A DNA stretch of 64,000 bases from an uncultured delta proteobacterium (GTDB lineage: Bacteria; Desulfobacterota; Binatia; Binatales; Binataceae). The notes below the pieces were generated by a model that did no database searches, was not told the origin of the DNA, and worked only from the letters and a program-made list of their open reading frames with translations. The DNA is taken from positions 1,408,001 through 1,472,000 of the forward strand of contig CAVXXK010000001.1 of NCBI GenBank assembly GCA_963765675.1, read 5' to 3'. Of the stretch, positions 8,549-16,850 are shown piece after piece. Each line of letters begins with the position of its first letter. The first letter of the stretch is position 1. The translations under genes and the position numbers were made by a program.

Positions 8549-9514
8549 TCAGTGGCCGGAAGGGGTGTCGAGCGCGAAGGTCTCTGCGATCCAGAGCGCG
8601 CCCAGTGCGGCTATCCGCGTGTTGTCGAATGCGCAGAAGATTTCCGCGCGCGACGGATGTTCCTCGGCGCGAAGGAGAATCGCTTCCTGTCCGATCGCAT
8701 CCACGAGCGACAGCGGTTCCGATTCCTCGACCATCAGGATTCCAGGCGCCGCCCGCAGCGCGTCGATCCATCCGTCGGCGGGTCCGCTCGCGTGCAGCGT
8801 GAGCATCGTGCCGTGCAGCACCGGAATCGCGGCGAGCTGCATGCTGAGCGACGCGGCGGGCCGCGAGAGCATCGCGAGCACCTGCTCCGCGATTCGTCCG
8901 GCTACGGCGCGTTCGCCCTCGCGCACGAATGCATTGAACGCGCGCTGGGTTTCGTCTTCCTCGAGGTCGAGGCGCGCGGCGAGCAGGTCGGTGGTTTGAT
9001 CGACGGTGCGCGCGATCATATGGCGGCCACGCGCCGACGCTCCCTGCATCGCGACGGCAGAGGCGGCGGCGACCGGTCCGATCGCGCCCAGGCACAGCGC
9101 CAGCGCGTGCGCGATCGGATTCGGAGTCGCGTAGAGCTTGCGGCCGCGAAGCGCGGCAACTCGCTCGCGCGAGGTCACGCCGGGCGACACGATCGCGTCA
9201 GTCGGCGCGCGCGAGCATCCGCTCAGATCGATCAACATCGGACCGGGGCGCGCGTTGATAATTTCGAGTGCCGGATCTTCCGGCACCGCGAGGAACGCGA
9301 CGTCGTAGCGCGCGAGATCGCCGGCATCCTCGAATTGCTCGATCAGATATTCGTCGTCGCCGGACTCGAGGGTGCCGGAGGATCCGGCGCTGGTGGCGAA
9401 CAGCTTGAGATCGGAATGGGGAAACGCGCGCGCCGCGATCAATTCGACGATTTGGTTGCCGACCGCACCGGTGGCGCCGACCACGGCCACTTTCGGTTCG
9501 ACGTCGTTACTCAT
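8549..9514 (-). CDS. Aspartate-semialdehyde dehydrogenase-like (Usg-like) protein with degenerate catalytic motifs
   Basis: VAVVGATGAVG Rossmann motif, QGASARG and AFN; NPNC replaced by TPNP; ATG overlaps the leuB stop. Confidence 0.75.
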   Translation of the reverse strand: MSNDVEPKVAVVGATGAVGNQIVELIAARAFPHSDLKLFATSAGSSGTLESGDDEYLIEQFEDAGDLARYDVAFLAVPEDPALEIINARPGPMLIDLSGCSRAPTDAIVSPGVTSRERVAALRGRKLYATPNPIAHALALCLGAIGPVAAASAVAMQGASARGRHMIARTVDQTTDLLAARLDLEEDETQRAFNAFVREGERAVAGRIAEQVLAMLSRPAASLSMQLAAIPVLHGTMLTLHASGPADGWIDALRAAPGILMVEESEPLSLVDAIGQEAILLRAEEHPSRAEIFCAFDNTRIAALGALWIAETFALDTPSGH

Positions 9515-10620
9515 CAGGCGTCGAGGCTCTCGATCTTCTCCCGCACCAGCCGGCCCATCGCCTTGCATCCAACCGTTTTGGTTCCGCTGCCGCCGGCCAG
9601 GTCGCGGGTGCGATGCCCGTCCTTCACGACCGAATCCACCGCCTGCTCGATCACCTCGGCCTCGGAGCGCATCCCGAGCGAATGCTCCAGCAGCATCGCG
9701 GCTGAGAGGATCGCGGCCAACGGATTGGCTTCGTCGCGTCCGGCGATATCGGGCGCGCTGCCGTGAATCGGCTCGTAAAGTCCGACGCGGTAGCCGGCGC
9801 TATTCATTTCCTCGCCGAGCGACGCGGACGGCAGAAGACCCATCGAGCCCGCGAGGACCGAGGCTTCGTCGGTGAGGATATCGCCGAACATATTTTCGGT
9901 GACGATCACGTCGAAGTCTTTCGGCCGCCGCAGCAGATGCATCGCCATCGAATCGACGAGCTGATGCTCGCAGGCTACGTCGCTGAATTCTTTTGCGATC
10001 GCAGTCGCGATCTCGCGCCACAGCCGCGAGGTCGAGAGCACGTTGGCCTTGTCGACCGAGGTCAGCTTCTTCTTCCGATTGCGTGCGAGCTCGAAGCCGA
10101 AGCGCAGCACACGCGCGATTTCCGGCTCGGTGTAGAAGCAGGTGTCAACCGCCTCGCGTCCGTCCTTGCCGTCGCGCCTTTCGCTCGGCTTGCCGTAGTA
10201 GATGCCGCCGGTCAGCTCGCGGATTACGACCAGATCCACGGCGCTGATAATCTCGGGCTTGAGCGGCGAAGCGGAGAGCAGTTCCTTGACCGCGCGTACC
10301 GGCCGCATGTTGGCAAAGAGTCCGAGAGCCTTGCGCAGTCCGAGCAGAGCCTGCTCGGGGCGCACGGTGGCGTTGGGATTATCCCACTTGGGACCGCCGA
10401 CGGCGCCGAGCAGGATCGCGTCGCTGTCCTGCGCGTGCTTGAGCGTGTCCTCGGGCATCGGCGTGCCGAATTGATCGATCGCGTGGCCGCCGATATGCCC
10501 TTCCTTGAACTCCATATCGATCGCGGAGCGGCGCGCGATCACCTTGAGGACTTGCAGGGCTTCGCCCACGACCTCGGGGCCGATACCGTCACCCTTGAGC
10601 ACTAGAATTTTGTAGGCCAT
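9514..10620 (-). CDS. leuB: 3-isopropylmalate dehydrogenase
   Basis: GDGIGPEV, RELTGGIYYG, NMFGDILTDEA and EPIHGSAPDIAG. Confidence 0.97.
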   Translation of the reverse strand: MAYKILVLKGDGIGPEVVGEALQVLKVIARRSAIDMEFKEGHIGGHAIDQFGTPMPEDTLKHAQDSDAILLGAVGGPKWDNPNATVRPEQALLGLRKALGLFANMRPVRAVKELLSASPLKPEIISAVDLVVIRELTGGIYYGKPSERRDGKDGREAVDTCFYTEPEIARVLRFGFELARNRKKKLTSVDKANVLSTSRLWREIATAIAKEFSDVACEHQLVDSMAMHLLRRPKDFDVIVTENMFGDILTDEASVLAGSMGLLPSASLGEEMNSAGYRVGLYEPIHGSAPDIAGRDEANPLAAILSAAMLLEHSLGMRSEAEVIEQAVDSVVKDGHRTRDLAGGSGTKTVGCKAMGRLVREKIESLDA

Positions 10621-10792
10621 TTACCGAAGCGGAGATCCTGATCGCTTGCGATTTCGCGAGGCTTGGGTTTGGTTGCCGCTTCCGGCGCGCGTCATGAGAA
10701 GCGCCGGCGCCGTGCGTCCGGAGCGGATGATCATAAAAATCAAGTTCCATAGCACTTAGCCGAACTCGACAATTGCAGCAAGCCCCGCGCTG

Positions 10793-12364
10793 CTACGCCA
10801 CGTCGGAAGTCGGCTTGAGCGGCTGATGCTTTCGTCCCCTGAGACGGTTCAGCGCGTTTACGAGCGCCAGCGCGGACGCGGTCACGATATCGCTATGCGC
10901 GCCGGCGCCGGCCACCGTCATCCCGTTGTCGCGCACCAGGCAGCTCACTTCGCCGAGCGCGTCGGTGCCGCCGGTTATCGCCTTGACCGCGTAGCGCTCG
11001 AGCGTGGGCTGGATGCCGGCGATTTTGTAAATCGCCTTGTAGGCGGCATCGACCATCCCGTCGCCTTCCGACTCGGCGGTCTTCTCGACGCCGGCCACGC
11101 GCAGTGTGACTTCGGCATGCGGCATCGCCTTCGACGAGGTTGAGGAGACGCGCATATCGACCAGCTCGAAGTGATCGACGGTGCGGCGCGTCTCTTCGGT
11201 GACCAGCGCGAGAATATCGTCGTCGTACACGATCTTCTTTTTGTCGCACAGCGCCTTGAACTCGGCGAACGCCTTGTTGATATCGACCGACTCGGTGTCG
11301 ACGCCGAGCGTCTTCAGCCGCTCGACGAACGCGTGGCGCCCCGAATGCTTTCCCAGCACCAGCTTATTCGAGGGGATCCCGATATCCTCGGGTTTCATGA
11401 TCTCGTAGGTGAGCTTGTACTTGAGCACGCCATCCTGATGGATTCCCGCCTCGTGAGCGAAGGCGTTGTCGCCGACGATCGGCTTGTTGGCGGGGACCGG
11501 CTGTCCGATTACCTGCGAGAGCAGGCGCGAGGCCGGATAGATCTGCTTCGTATTGACGCGCGACTGCACGCCCATCAGGTCGTGCCGGGTCTTGAGCGCC
11601 ATCACCACTTCTTCCATCGAGCAGTTGCCCGCGCGCTCGCCGATTCCGTTGATCGTGCATTCGACCTGACGCGCTCCATTGCGCACCGCGGCCAGCGAGT
11701 TGGCGACCGCGAGCCCCAAATCGTTATGGCAGTGCGCGCTCCAGATAACTTTGTCGGCGCCGGGAACCCGCTCGCGCAGGTAGGCGAACATCCGTCCGAA
11801 CTCTTCCGGGATCGCGTGGCCGGTGGTGTCGGGAAGATTGATCGTGGTGGCGCCCGCCGCGATCACGCTGGTGCATACGGTGACCATGTAGTCCCAGTCC
11901 GAGCGCGAGGCGTCTTCGCACGAGAACTCGATATAGTCGAGATGCTTCTTCGCGCGCGTCACCGACCAGGTCGCGGCGTCGAGCACGTCCTCGCGGGTCA
12001 TGTTGAGCTTGTACTTCAGGTGGATATCGGAAGTCGCGATGAAGATATGAATCCCGGGACGATCGGATTTATCGACCGCGCTCAGTGCGGAATCGACGTC
12101 TTCCTCGCGCGTGCGCGAGAGCGAGAGCACGATCGGGCCGCGCGCGGCCTCGGCGACGCGGCGCACGGATTCGAAATCGCCGGGCGACGACGCGGCGAAT
12201 CCGGCCTCGATCACGTCGACGTTGAGGCGCTCGAGCTGGCGCGCGAGCGCGACTTTCTCCTCGACGTTCATCGTGCATCCGGGCGACTGCTCGCCGTCGC
12301 GCAGGGTGGTGTCGAAGATCCGCACCCAATCGGAGTTGGTGTGTTCGGCGGTTTCGGTAGCCAT
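10793..12364 (-). CDS. leuA: 2-isopropylmalate synthase
   Basis: FDTTLRDGEQSPG, HCHNDLG, NGIGERAGN, HEAGIHQDG and a C-terminal regulatory domain. Confidence 0.97.
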   Translation of the reverse strand: MATETAEHTNSDWVRIFDTTLRDGEQSPGCTMNVEEKVALARQLERLNVDVIEAGFAASSPGDFESVRRVAEAARGPIVLSLSRTREEDVDSALSAVDKSDRPGIHIFIATSDIHLKYKLNMTREDVLDAATWSVTRAKKHLDYIEFSCEDASRSDWDYMVTVCTSVIAAGATTINLPDTTGHAIPEEFGRMFAYLRERVPGADKVIWSAHCHNDLGLAVANSLAAVRNGARQVECTINGIGERAGNCSMEEVVMALKTRHDLMGVQSRVNTKQIYPASRLLSQVIGQPVPANKPIVGDNAFAHEAGIHQDGVLKYKLTYEIMKPEDIGIPSNKLVLGKHSGRHAFVERLKTLGVDTESVDINKAFAEFKALCDKKKIVYDDDILALVTEETRRTVDHFELVDMRVSSTSSKAMPHAEVTLRVAGVEKTAESEGDGMVDAAYKAIYKIAGIQPTLERYAVKAITGGTDALGEVSCLVRDNGMTVAGAGAHSDIVTASALALVNALNRLRGRKHQPLKPTSDVA

Positions 12365-12413
12365 TGGTTCAGTTCCTCCTCATCCCCGCGTGGACCGAAG
12401 ACGCCGATGGCGC

Positions 12414-12463
12414 AAAAAAGAAAACGCCCGGGGCGGCTTTATCGGCCCACCGCCCAGGGCGTT
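12414..12463 (-). terminator. Attenuator terminator upstream of leuA
   Basis: Minus strand: AACGCCCTGGGCGG-loop-CCGCCCCGGGCGTT (13/14 paired) then TTCTTTTTT. Confidence 0.85.
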
Positions 12464-12486
12464 CGTCTCGGATTTGGTTTAGGCGC

Positions 12487-12570
12487 TTAAGCCTGCTCCG
12501 CGACGCACCCGGCGAGGGCCCTCGTAAGGGCCAGAATAAGCAGCAGTCCGGGCAGCGCGATGCGGAACAT
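12487..12570 (-). CDS. leu operon leader peptide (27 aa, MFRIALPGLLLILALTRALAGCVAEQA)
   Basis: 7 Leu codons including LLLILAL, directly upstream of antiterminator/terminator stems and leuA. Confidence 0.75.
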   Translation of the reverse strand: MFRIALPGLLLILALTRALAGCVAEQA

Positions 12571-12579
12571 GGTGAGGAG

Positions 12580-12609
12580 ATACTAAGCGCCACGAAATAC
12601 CTCAGTCAA
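12580..12609 (-). promoter_or_regulatory. Sigma70-type promoter for the leu leader
   Basis: TTGACT-N18-TAGTAT, ending 9 nt before the leader ATG. Confidence 0.55.
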
Positions 12610-13018
12610 GGCGAAGTAGCGGATCGAGGTTGGCGTCGCGGCCGACCGCATTGGCGAGCTACGCAGTCGAACATCGCTAGAACGCAGTTATAACGATGGG
12701 TTCGTTCAGGGAAAATCTGGTTCGTGTCAACAAAAATACTGAACAGTTTCAAGGATATTCTTGCAAATTTTTGGGTCCGTTCTTGGTTTTCGCTATTCTT
12801 TCGTCTCAAGGTCTTTGCGCTCGAATCACGGCGTCAAAGATCGAATCATGCTGATGGATTCTCCGGGTTTGGTTCATCGCGGTAATTATCGCATAGAATG
12901 CGGAGCTCGATAAGGCTGAGCAGTTCAGCCTTGTAGGACGTCCACAGATAGTTTACACGGCGTCGGGGATAATTGGGAGTCTTTGAGATAGCTTGACTAT
13001 CGGCGAGGTCTCGATGTC

Positions 13019-13339
13019 ATGGACGATATGGACGCAATCGTGCCGCCGGAAGATGCCGCGCGGATTGTGCGAGCGGGCAGGGCGCTGATGGTCGTTGGGT
13101 GGGCTACGATCCTGCTCATCGCCTATTTCGTCCGATCGGAAATGATTCAGCCGGGGCGGCAGTTCTTGATCTTCGTGCCGCTAGGGATCCTGTTGGCTGC
13201 CTCGTACTTTCTTCTTTCCTCTCGATGTCCGCGGTGTCATCGCGAATTCTTCGCGGAGAAGAGCGGGCTTGGCGCGATGTTCGGACGGTTCAGGTGCGTC
13301 GCGTGCGGTTACGATCCGGCCGCGCGAGAATCCCGGTGA
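13019..13339 (+). CDS. Small membrane protein with C-terminal CxxC..CxxC (Zn-ribbon-like)
   Basis: Two hydrophobic segments, then CPRC and CVAC. Confidence 0.6.
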   Translation: MDDMDAIVPPEDAARIVRAGRALMVVGWATILLIAYFVRSEMIQPGRQFLIFVPLGILLAASYFLLSSRCPRCHREFFAEKSGLGAMFGRFRCVACGYDPAARESR

Positions 13340-13402
13340 ATTTCAGTAAGCGGCAGATCAACGCGGTGCGCGATGCGTCGCGATCCAGATGTTGCGCTTT
13401 TC

Positions 13403-13431
13403 TTGACATCTGTTGCGTCATTCGTTACATT
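13403..13431 (+). promoter_or_regulatory. higBA promoter with overlapping probable HigA operator
   Basis: TTGACA-N17-TACATT 7 nt before the ATG; imperfect palindrome TGTTGCG-N5-CGTTACA at 13411-13429. Confidence 0.7.
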
Positions 13432-13438
13432 CAGAATC

Positions 13439-13729
13439 ATGATTAGGAGCTTCATCCACAAGGGGCTCCGTGACCTGTTCGAGACTGGTGCAAGCGCCGC
13501 GGTTCCGCCATCACTGGCGCGGCGTTTAAGGCGCATACTCGATACATTAGATGCCGCGACCGATCTGCTTGACCTGAATACAAAACCGGGATCGGGCTAC
13601 CACAGGCTCAGAGGAAAGGATTCCGAAGGGAACGAACGGCACGCGATCTCGGTCAACGGGCCGTGGCGAATCACCTTTCAATGGGAGAAACCCGATGTTT
13701 ATCGAGTGGATTTAGAACAGTATCATTGA
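13439..13729 (+). CDS. higB: HigB (RelE-family) toxin
   Basis: MIRSFIHKGLRDLFETG...HRLRG...ISVNGPWRITFQW...VDLEQYH. Confidence 0.9.
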   Translation: MIRSFIHKGLRDLFETGASAAVPPSLARRLRRILDTLDAATDLLDLNTKPGSGYHRLRGKDSEGNERHAISVNGPWRITFQWEKPDVYRVDLEQYH

Positions 13730-13792
13730 CGTTCTCGAACACCCTGACACCGCTCTATATCGATTACGAATATCATAGGAGAAGCAGAGTAT

Positions 13793-14119
13793 ATGAAGCG
13801 CGAATATCCGGCGCCGGCCGAAATCAAGCGCGAACCGACGCATCCGGGCGAGATCATCGGAGAAGATACCCTACCGGCTCTGAAGCTGAGCGTTGCCGAG
13901 GCGGCGCTGAAACTTGGAGTGTCGCGCCAGACCCTGTATCGGATCGTGAAGTGCCAGGCCGCGGTGACTCCCGACATGGCTATCCGGATCGGGAAGCTGT
14001 GTGGCAACGGGCCTGACATCTGGCTGAATCTCCAGCGTAAGTACGATCTGTGGCACGCGAAGCGGAAGCTTGGCAGCCGGATCGATCGGATTCCGACCAT
14101 GAAGGAAGCCGCCGTCTGA
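13793..14119 (+). CDS. higA: HigA antitoxin (HTH)
   Basis: PTHPGEII, AALKLGVSRQTL, VTPDMAIRI and WLNLQRKYDLW. Confidence 0.92.
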   Translation: MKREYPAPAEIKREPTHPGEIIGEDTLPALKLSVAEAALKLGVSRQTLYRIVKCQAAVTPDMAIRIGKLCGNGPDIWLNLQRKYDLWHAKRKLGSRIDRIPTMKEAAV

Positions 14120-14175
14120 GACCGAGTTTAGCTTCTCGATAAATGAGCCAGGCGAGCGCGATCTGGCTTGTCCAC

Positions 14176-14345
14176 TTACTGCGGCGCGTTCGGCGGTTCG
14201 TTGAGGGAACCGGTCTTGCGGGCGGGTGGCGTAGTTGGGGCGGATGATTTTGCGGCGGCGTTGCGGGAGGATAGCGTCGGCCGACGGGCCGTCGGCGGCC
14301 ACTGGCAGGCTGTCGATCTTTTCGCACACTCTTCCTCGCACCCAT
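14176..14345 (-). repeat. Diverged duplicate of the pssA 3' end with its own stop codon
   Basis: Encodes ...LSSRNAAAKSSAPTTPPARKTGSLNEPPNAPQ* versus PssA ...LSSRNAAAAKSSAPTTPPPAARKTGSLNEPPNAPR*. Confidence 0.85.
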
Positions 14346-14353
14346 GGCTATTC

Positions 14354-14810
14354 GCACTAATCGCTTCGCGGAGATCATTCGCCTACGGCTCAGGATGACA
14401 TATAAACTCGGCGCGAGGGAGCAGGTGCGCGAAAGACGGGCGGCTCGCGAGCCGCCCCTACGAAGAAACGTGGTTGAGTCTTGGGTGGCACAGGCTTTAG
14501 CCTGTGGCCCGCACCGGCTAAAGCCGGTGCCACTTGAGACCCACCGCGAGTGCGAGGTTCACCGGCCGTGTTGCAGCACAGCCGCGTGCCACCGCTACGA
14601 AACCGGCGCGGTTGTGATTCCCGCGCCCTTCGACAGGCTCAGGGCAGGTTCCGGCTGCCGCACGAGAGCCTTTCCTGAGCAAGGTCGAAGGAAATCCCGA
14701 ACCGAGAAAGTACTGCATGTGATGTTGGCTTCGAGCATGGACGCCTCGGGATTCCTCGCCCAGGGCTCGGAATGACGATCGACGGCTCGGCTGAGAATAC
14801 GATACTCATC
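14354..14810. repeat. Mosaic cluster of several REP-like families
   Basis: Half GTCATCCTGA element (14354-14399), GTAG-tailed 20-bp palindrome (14438-14461), GTGG REP doublet (14485-14533) and composite GTCAT element (14612-14810). Confidence 0.85.
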
Positions 14811-14868
14811 GCCCCCGCACACTTTCATGGCAGGATCACTCAACGGAGCGCGAGAGAAAATATAGTCT

Positions 14869-15825
14869 CTATCGCGGGGCGTTCGGCGGTTCGTTGAGGG
14901 AACCGGTCTTGCGCGCGGCGGGGGGTGGCGTAGTTGGGGCGGAGGATTTTGCGGCGGCGGCGTTGCGGGAGGATAGCGGACCCATCACGGGGACCTTTTC
15001 GTGCATCTCTTCGCCGCGAATCATCAGGTAGGGACCCGAAAGGACGAAGGCGCTGGCGAGAACAAAAGCGGTCAGTTGCGGCAGCGCGAACAGGAGCGCG
15101 ATCACGACCAGCACAACGATCAGCAGCTCGACCTGCGCGCGGCGCTTGAAGTCGATTCCCTTGAAGCTCGGATAGGGAACGCGCGAGATCATCAGCCAGC
15201 CGAGGGCGAGCGTTAGCGGAACCATCGCGAGACACAACACTCTCGGCGAAGTGAAGTCGAAGTAGCTATAGGCAAGCGCGGTTCCCGCGATCATGATCGC
15301 CGCGCCCGGCACGGGCAGGCCGACGAAGCGGCGCTTGTCCACCGTTTCGACCTGGACGTTGAAACGCGCAAGACGCAGCGCGGCGCATACGACGAACAGT
15401 CCGCTGACGGCGATTCCGAGCGTGCCGATCGGCATCAGCGCCCAGGTGTAGGCGAGGATCGCCGGCGCCATCCCGAAGGCGACAACGTCGGAGAGGCTGT
15501 CGTACTCAACCCCGAACTGGCTAGAAGTGCGCGACAGGCGCGCGACGCGGCCGTCAAGGCCGTCGCAGACGAACGCGACCAGGATCATCACGGCGGCGAG
15601 CTCGAAATGGCCGCCGATCGCGGAGATCGCGGAATAGAAGCCGGAGAGCAGGCCGAGCGAGGTAATGGTTGCCGGGACCAGGAAGACGCCCCGGCGAAGC
15701 GGGCCTGCGACTTTTCCGCGCTGCTCGAGAAAACGGCCGCGGATGATACGTACGTGCTCGCGATCTTCGTCGTTCAGAATTTCGCGGGTGCCGGTTGGCC
15801 GCGTGCGGCGCGAGTCGGTGCTCAT
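14869..15825 (-). CDS. pssA: CDP-diacylglycerol--serine O-phosphatidyltransferase
   Basis: DGLDGRVAR..SQFGVEYDSLSD, ALRLARFN and FVGLPVP; adjacent to psd. Confidence 0.93.
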   Translation of the reverse strand: MSTDSRRTRPTGTREILNDEDREHVRIIRGRFLEQRGKVAGPLRRGVFLVPATITSLGLLSGFYSAISAIGGHFELAAVMILVAFVCDGLDGRVARLSRTSSQFGVEYDSLSDVVAFGMAPAILAYTWALMPIGTLGIAVSGLFVVCAALRLARFNVQVETVDKRRFVGLPVPGAAIMIAGTALAYSYFDFTSPRVLCLAMVPLTLALGWLMISRVPYPSFKGIDFKRRAQVELLIVVLVVIALLFALPQLTAFVLASAFVLSGPYLMIRGEEMHEKVPVMGPLSSRNAAAAKSSAPTTPPPAARKTGSLNEPPNAPR

Positions 15826-16535
15826 TAAGCTTTTTTCTCCGGCTCCAGTTCGGCCAGAATCGATTCGCCCGCGCGGACCCGGTCGCCGATCGCGACCAAC
15901 ACTCTGAACTCAGGGCTGAAGAAATGATCGACGCGGCTGCCGAACATGATGAGGCCGATCCTCTGGCCTGGCTCAATTCTATCATGGATTCGGAGCCTGC
16001 ATATGATGCGTCTAGCGAGGTACCCTGCTACCTGCATCATGCCGTAGCGGCGCCCGGCGGCGTCGGCAAAGACCATCAGATTGCGCTCGTTGCGCTCGCT
16101 CGCATCGTCGCGGAAGGCGGCGCGGAATTCGCCGGCGGTATGCTCGACGCGCAGCACCTCGCCGCCGACCGGAGCGCGGTTGACGTGGACATTGAGCGGC
16201 GACATGAAGACCGCGACGCGGCGAAAGCGGACGCCGGGAGCGCTGGGTATCTCGGCCTCGGAGATATCGGTGACCTTGCCGTCGGCGCCGCTGATCACGA
16301 CGCCGTCGGTGCGTGCGGGGAAGCGCTCGGGGTCGCGGAAGAACATTGCAATCGCTACGGCCGCGAGGATCACGAGAATGCCGACGATATGCAATCCAAA
16401 GAGCGCGAGGATGATCCCGGCGATCGCGACGGCGAGCGCCATCGCGACGCCCTCGCCCGCGATTCCAATCGCCGCGCCGAGGCGCGCGGCGATCGCGCCG
16501 GGATGCGTGCGCGAGCTATCGAATTTGCTGCTCAT
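15825..16535 (-). CDS. psd: Phosphatidylserine decarboxylase proenzyme
   Basis: FFRDPER, ADGKV, FMSPLNVHVNRAP, NERN and FGSRVD self-cleavage motif. Confidence 0.93.
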   Translation of the reverse strand: MSSKFDSSRTHPGAIAARLGAAIGIAGEGVAMALAVAIAGIILALFGLHIVGILVILAAVAIAMFFRDPERFPARTDGVVISGADGKVTDISEAEIPSAPGVRFRRVAVFMSPLNVHVNRAPVGGEVLRVEHTAGEFRAAFRDDASERNERNLMVFADAAGRRYGMMQVAGYLARRIICRLRIHDRIEPGQRIGLIMFGSRVDHFFSPEFRVLVAIGDRVRAGESILAELEPEKKA

Positions 16536-16547
16536 GATTTCCCTGAT

Positions 16548-16794
16548 CCCTCGCCCACCGGGAGAGGGTGCCGCGAAGCGGCGGGTGAGGGTGCTGCTCT
16601 GCTTTCTTCTCTACGCAACGATATCTCCGCCTGCCCGAGATCAGAGCAGCACCCTCACCCACGCGTCACGGCGATTGCTGAAAAGAGCAATCGCCGCGCC
16701 GCGTCGCTCGCGTGCCAGTGGCACCTCCCGGAGGGAGAGGGTATGAGCCGCGGCGTCCGCGTGCCAGTGGCACCTCCCGGAGGGAGAGGGTATG
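16548..16794. repeat. CCCTCACCC/GGGAGAGGG-type palindromic element plus a 37-bp tandem duplication
   Basis: IR GGGTGAGGGTGCTGCTCTG / CAGAGCAGCACCCTCACCC; identical 37-mers at 16709-16745 and 16758-16794. Confidence 0.75.
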
Positions 16795-16850
16795 GACAGA
16801 GGACTGCGGCGTCCGCGACCTCTCCTGGGACAAGGAGAGATCATCTTGTT

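Noticed and set aside
16709-16794. Two identical 37-bp direct repeats resembling a mini-CRISPR
   Set aside because: Only two units, a 12-bp gap, no cas genes, and the unit contains the GGGAGAGGG end of the surrounding palindromic element
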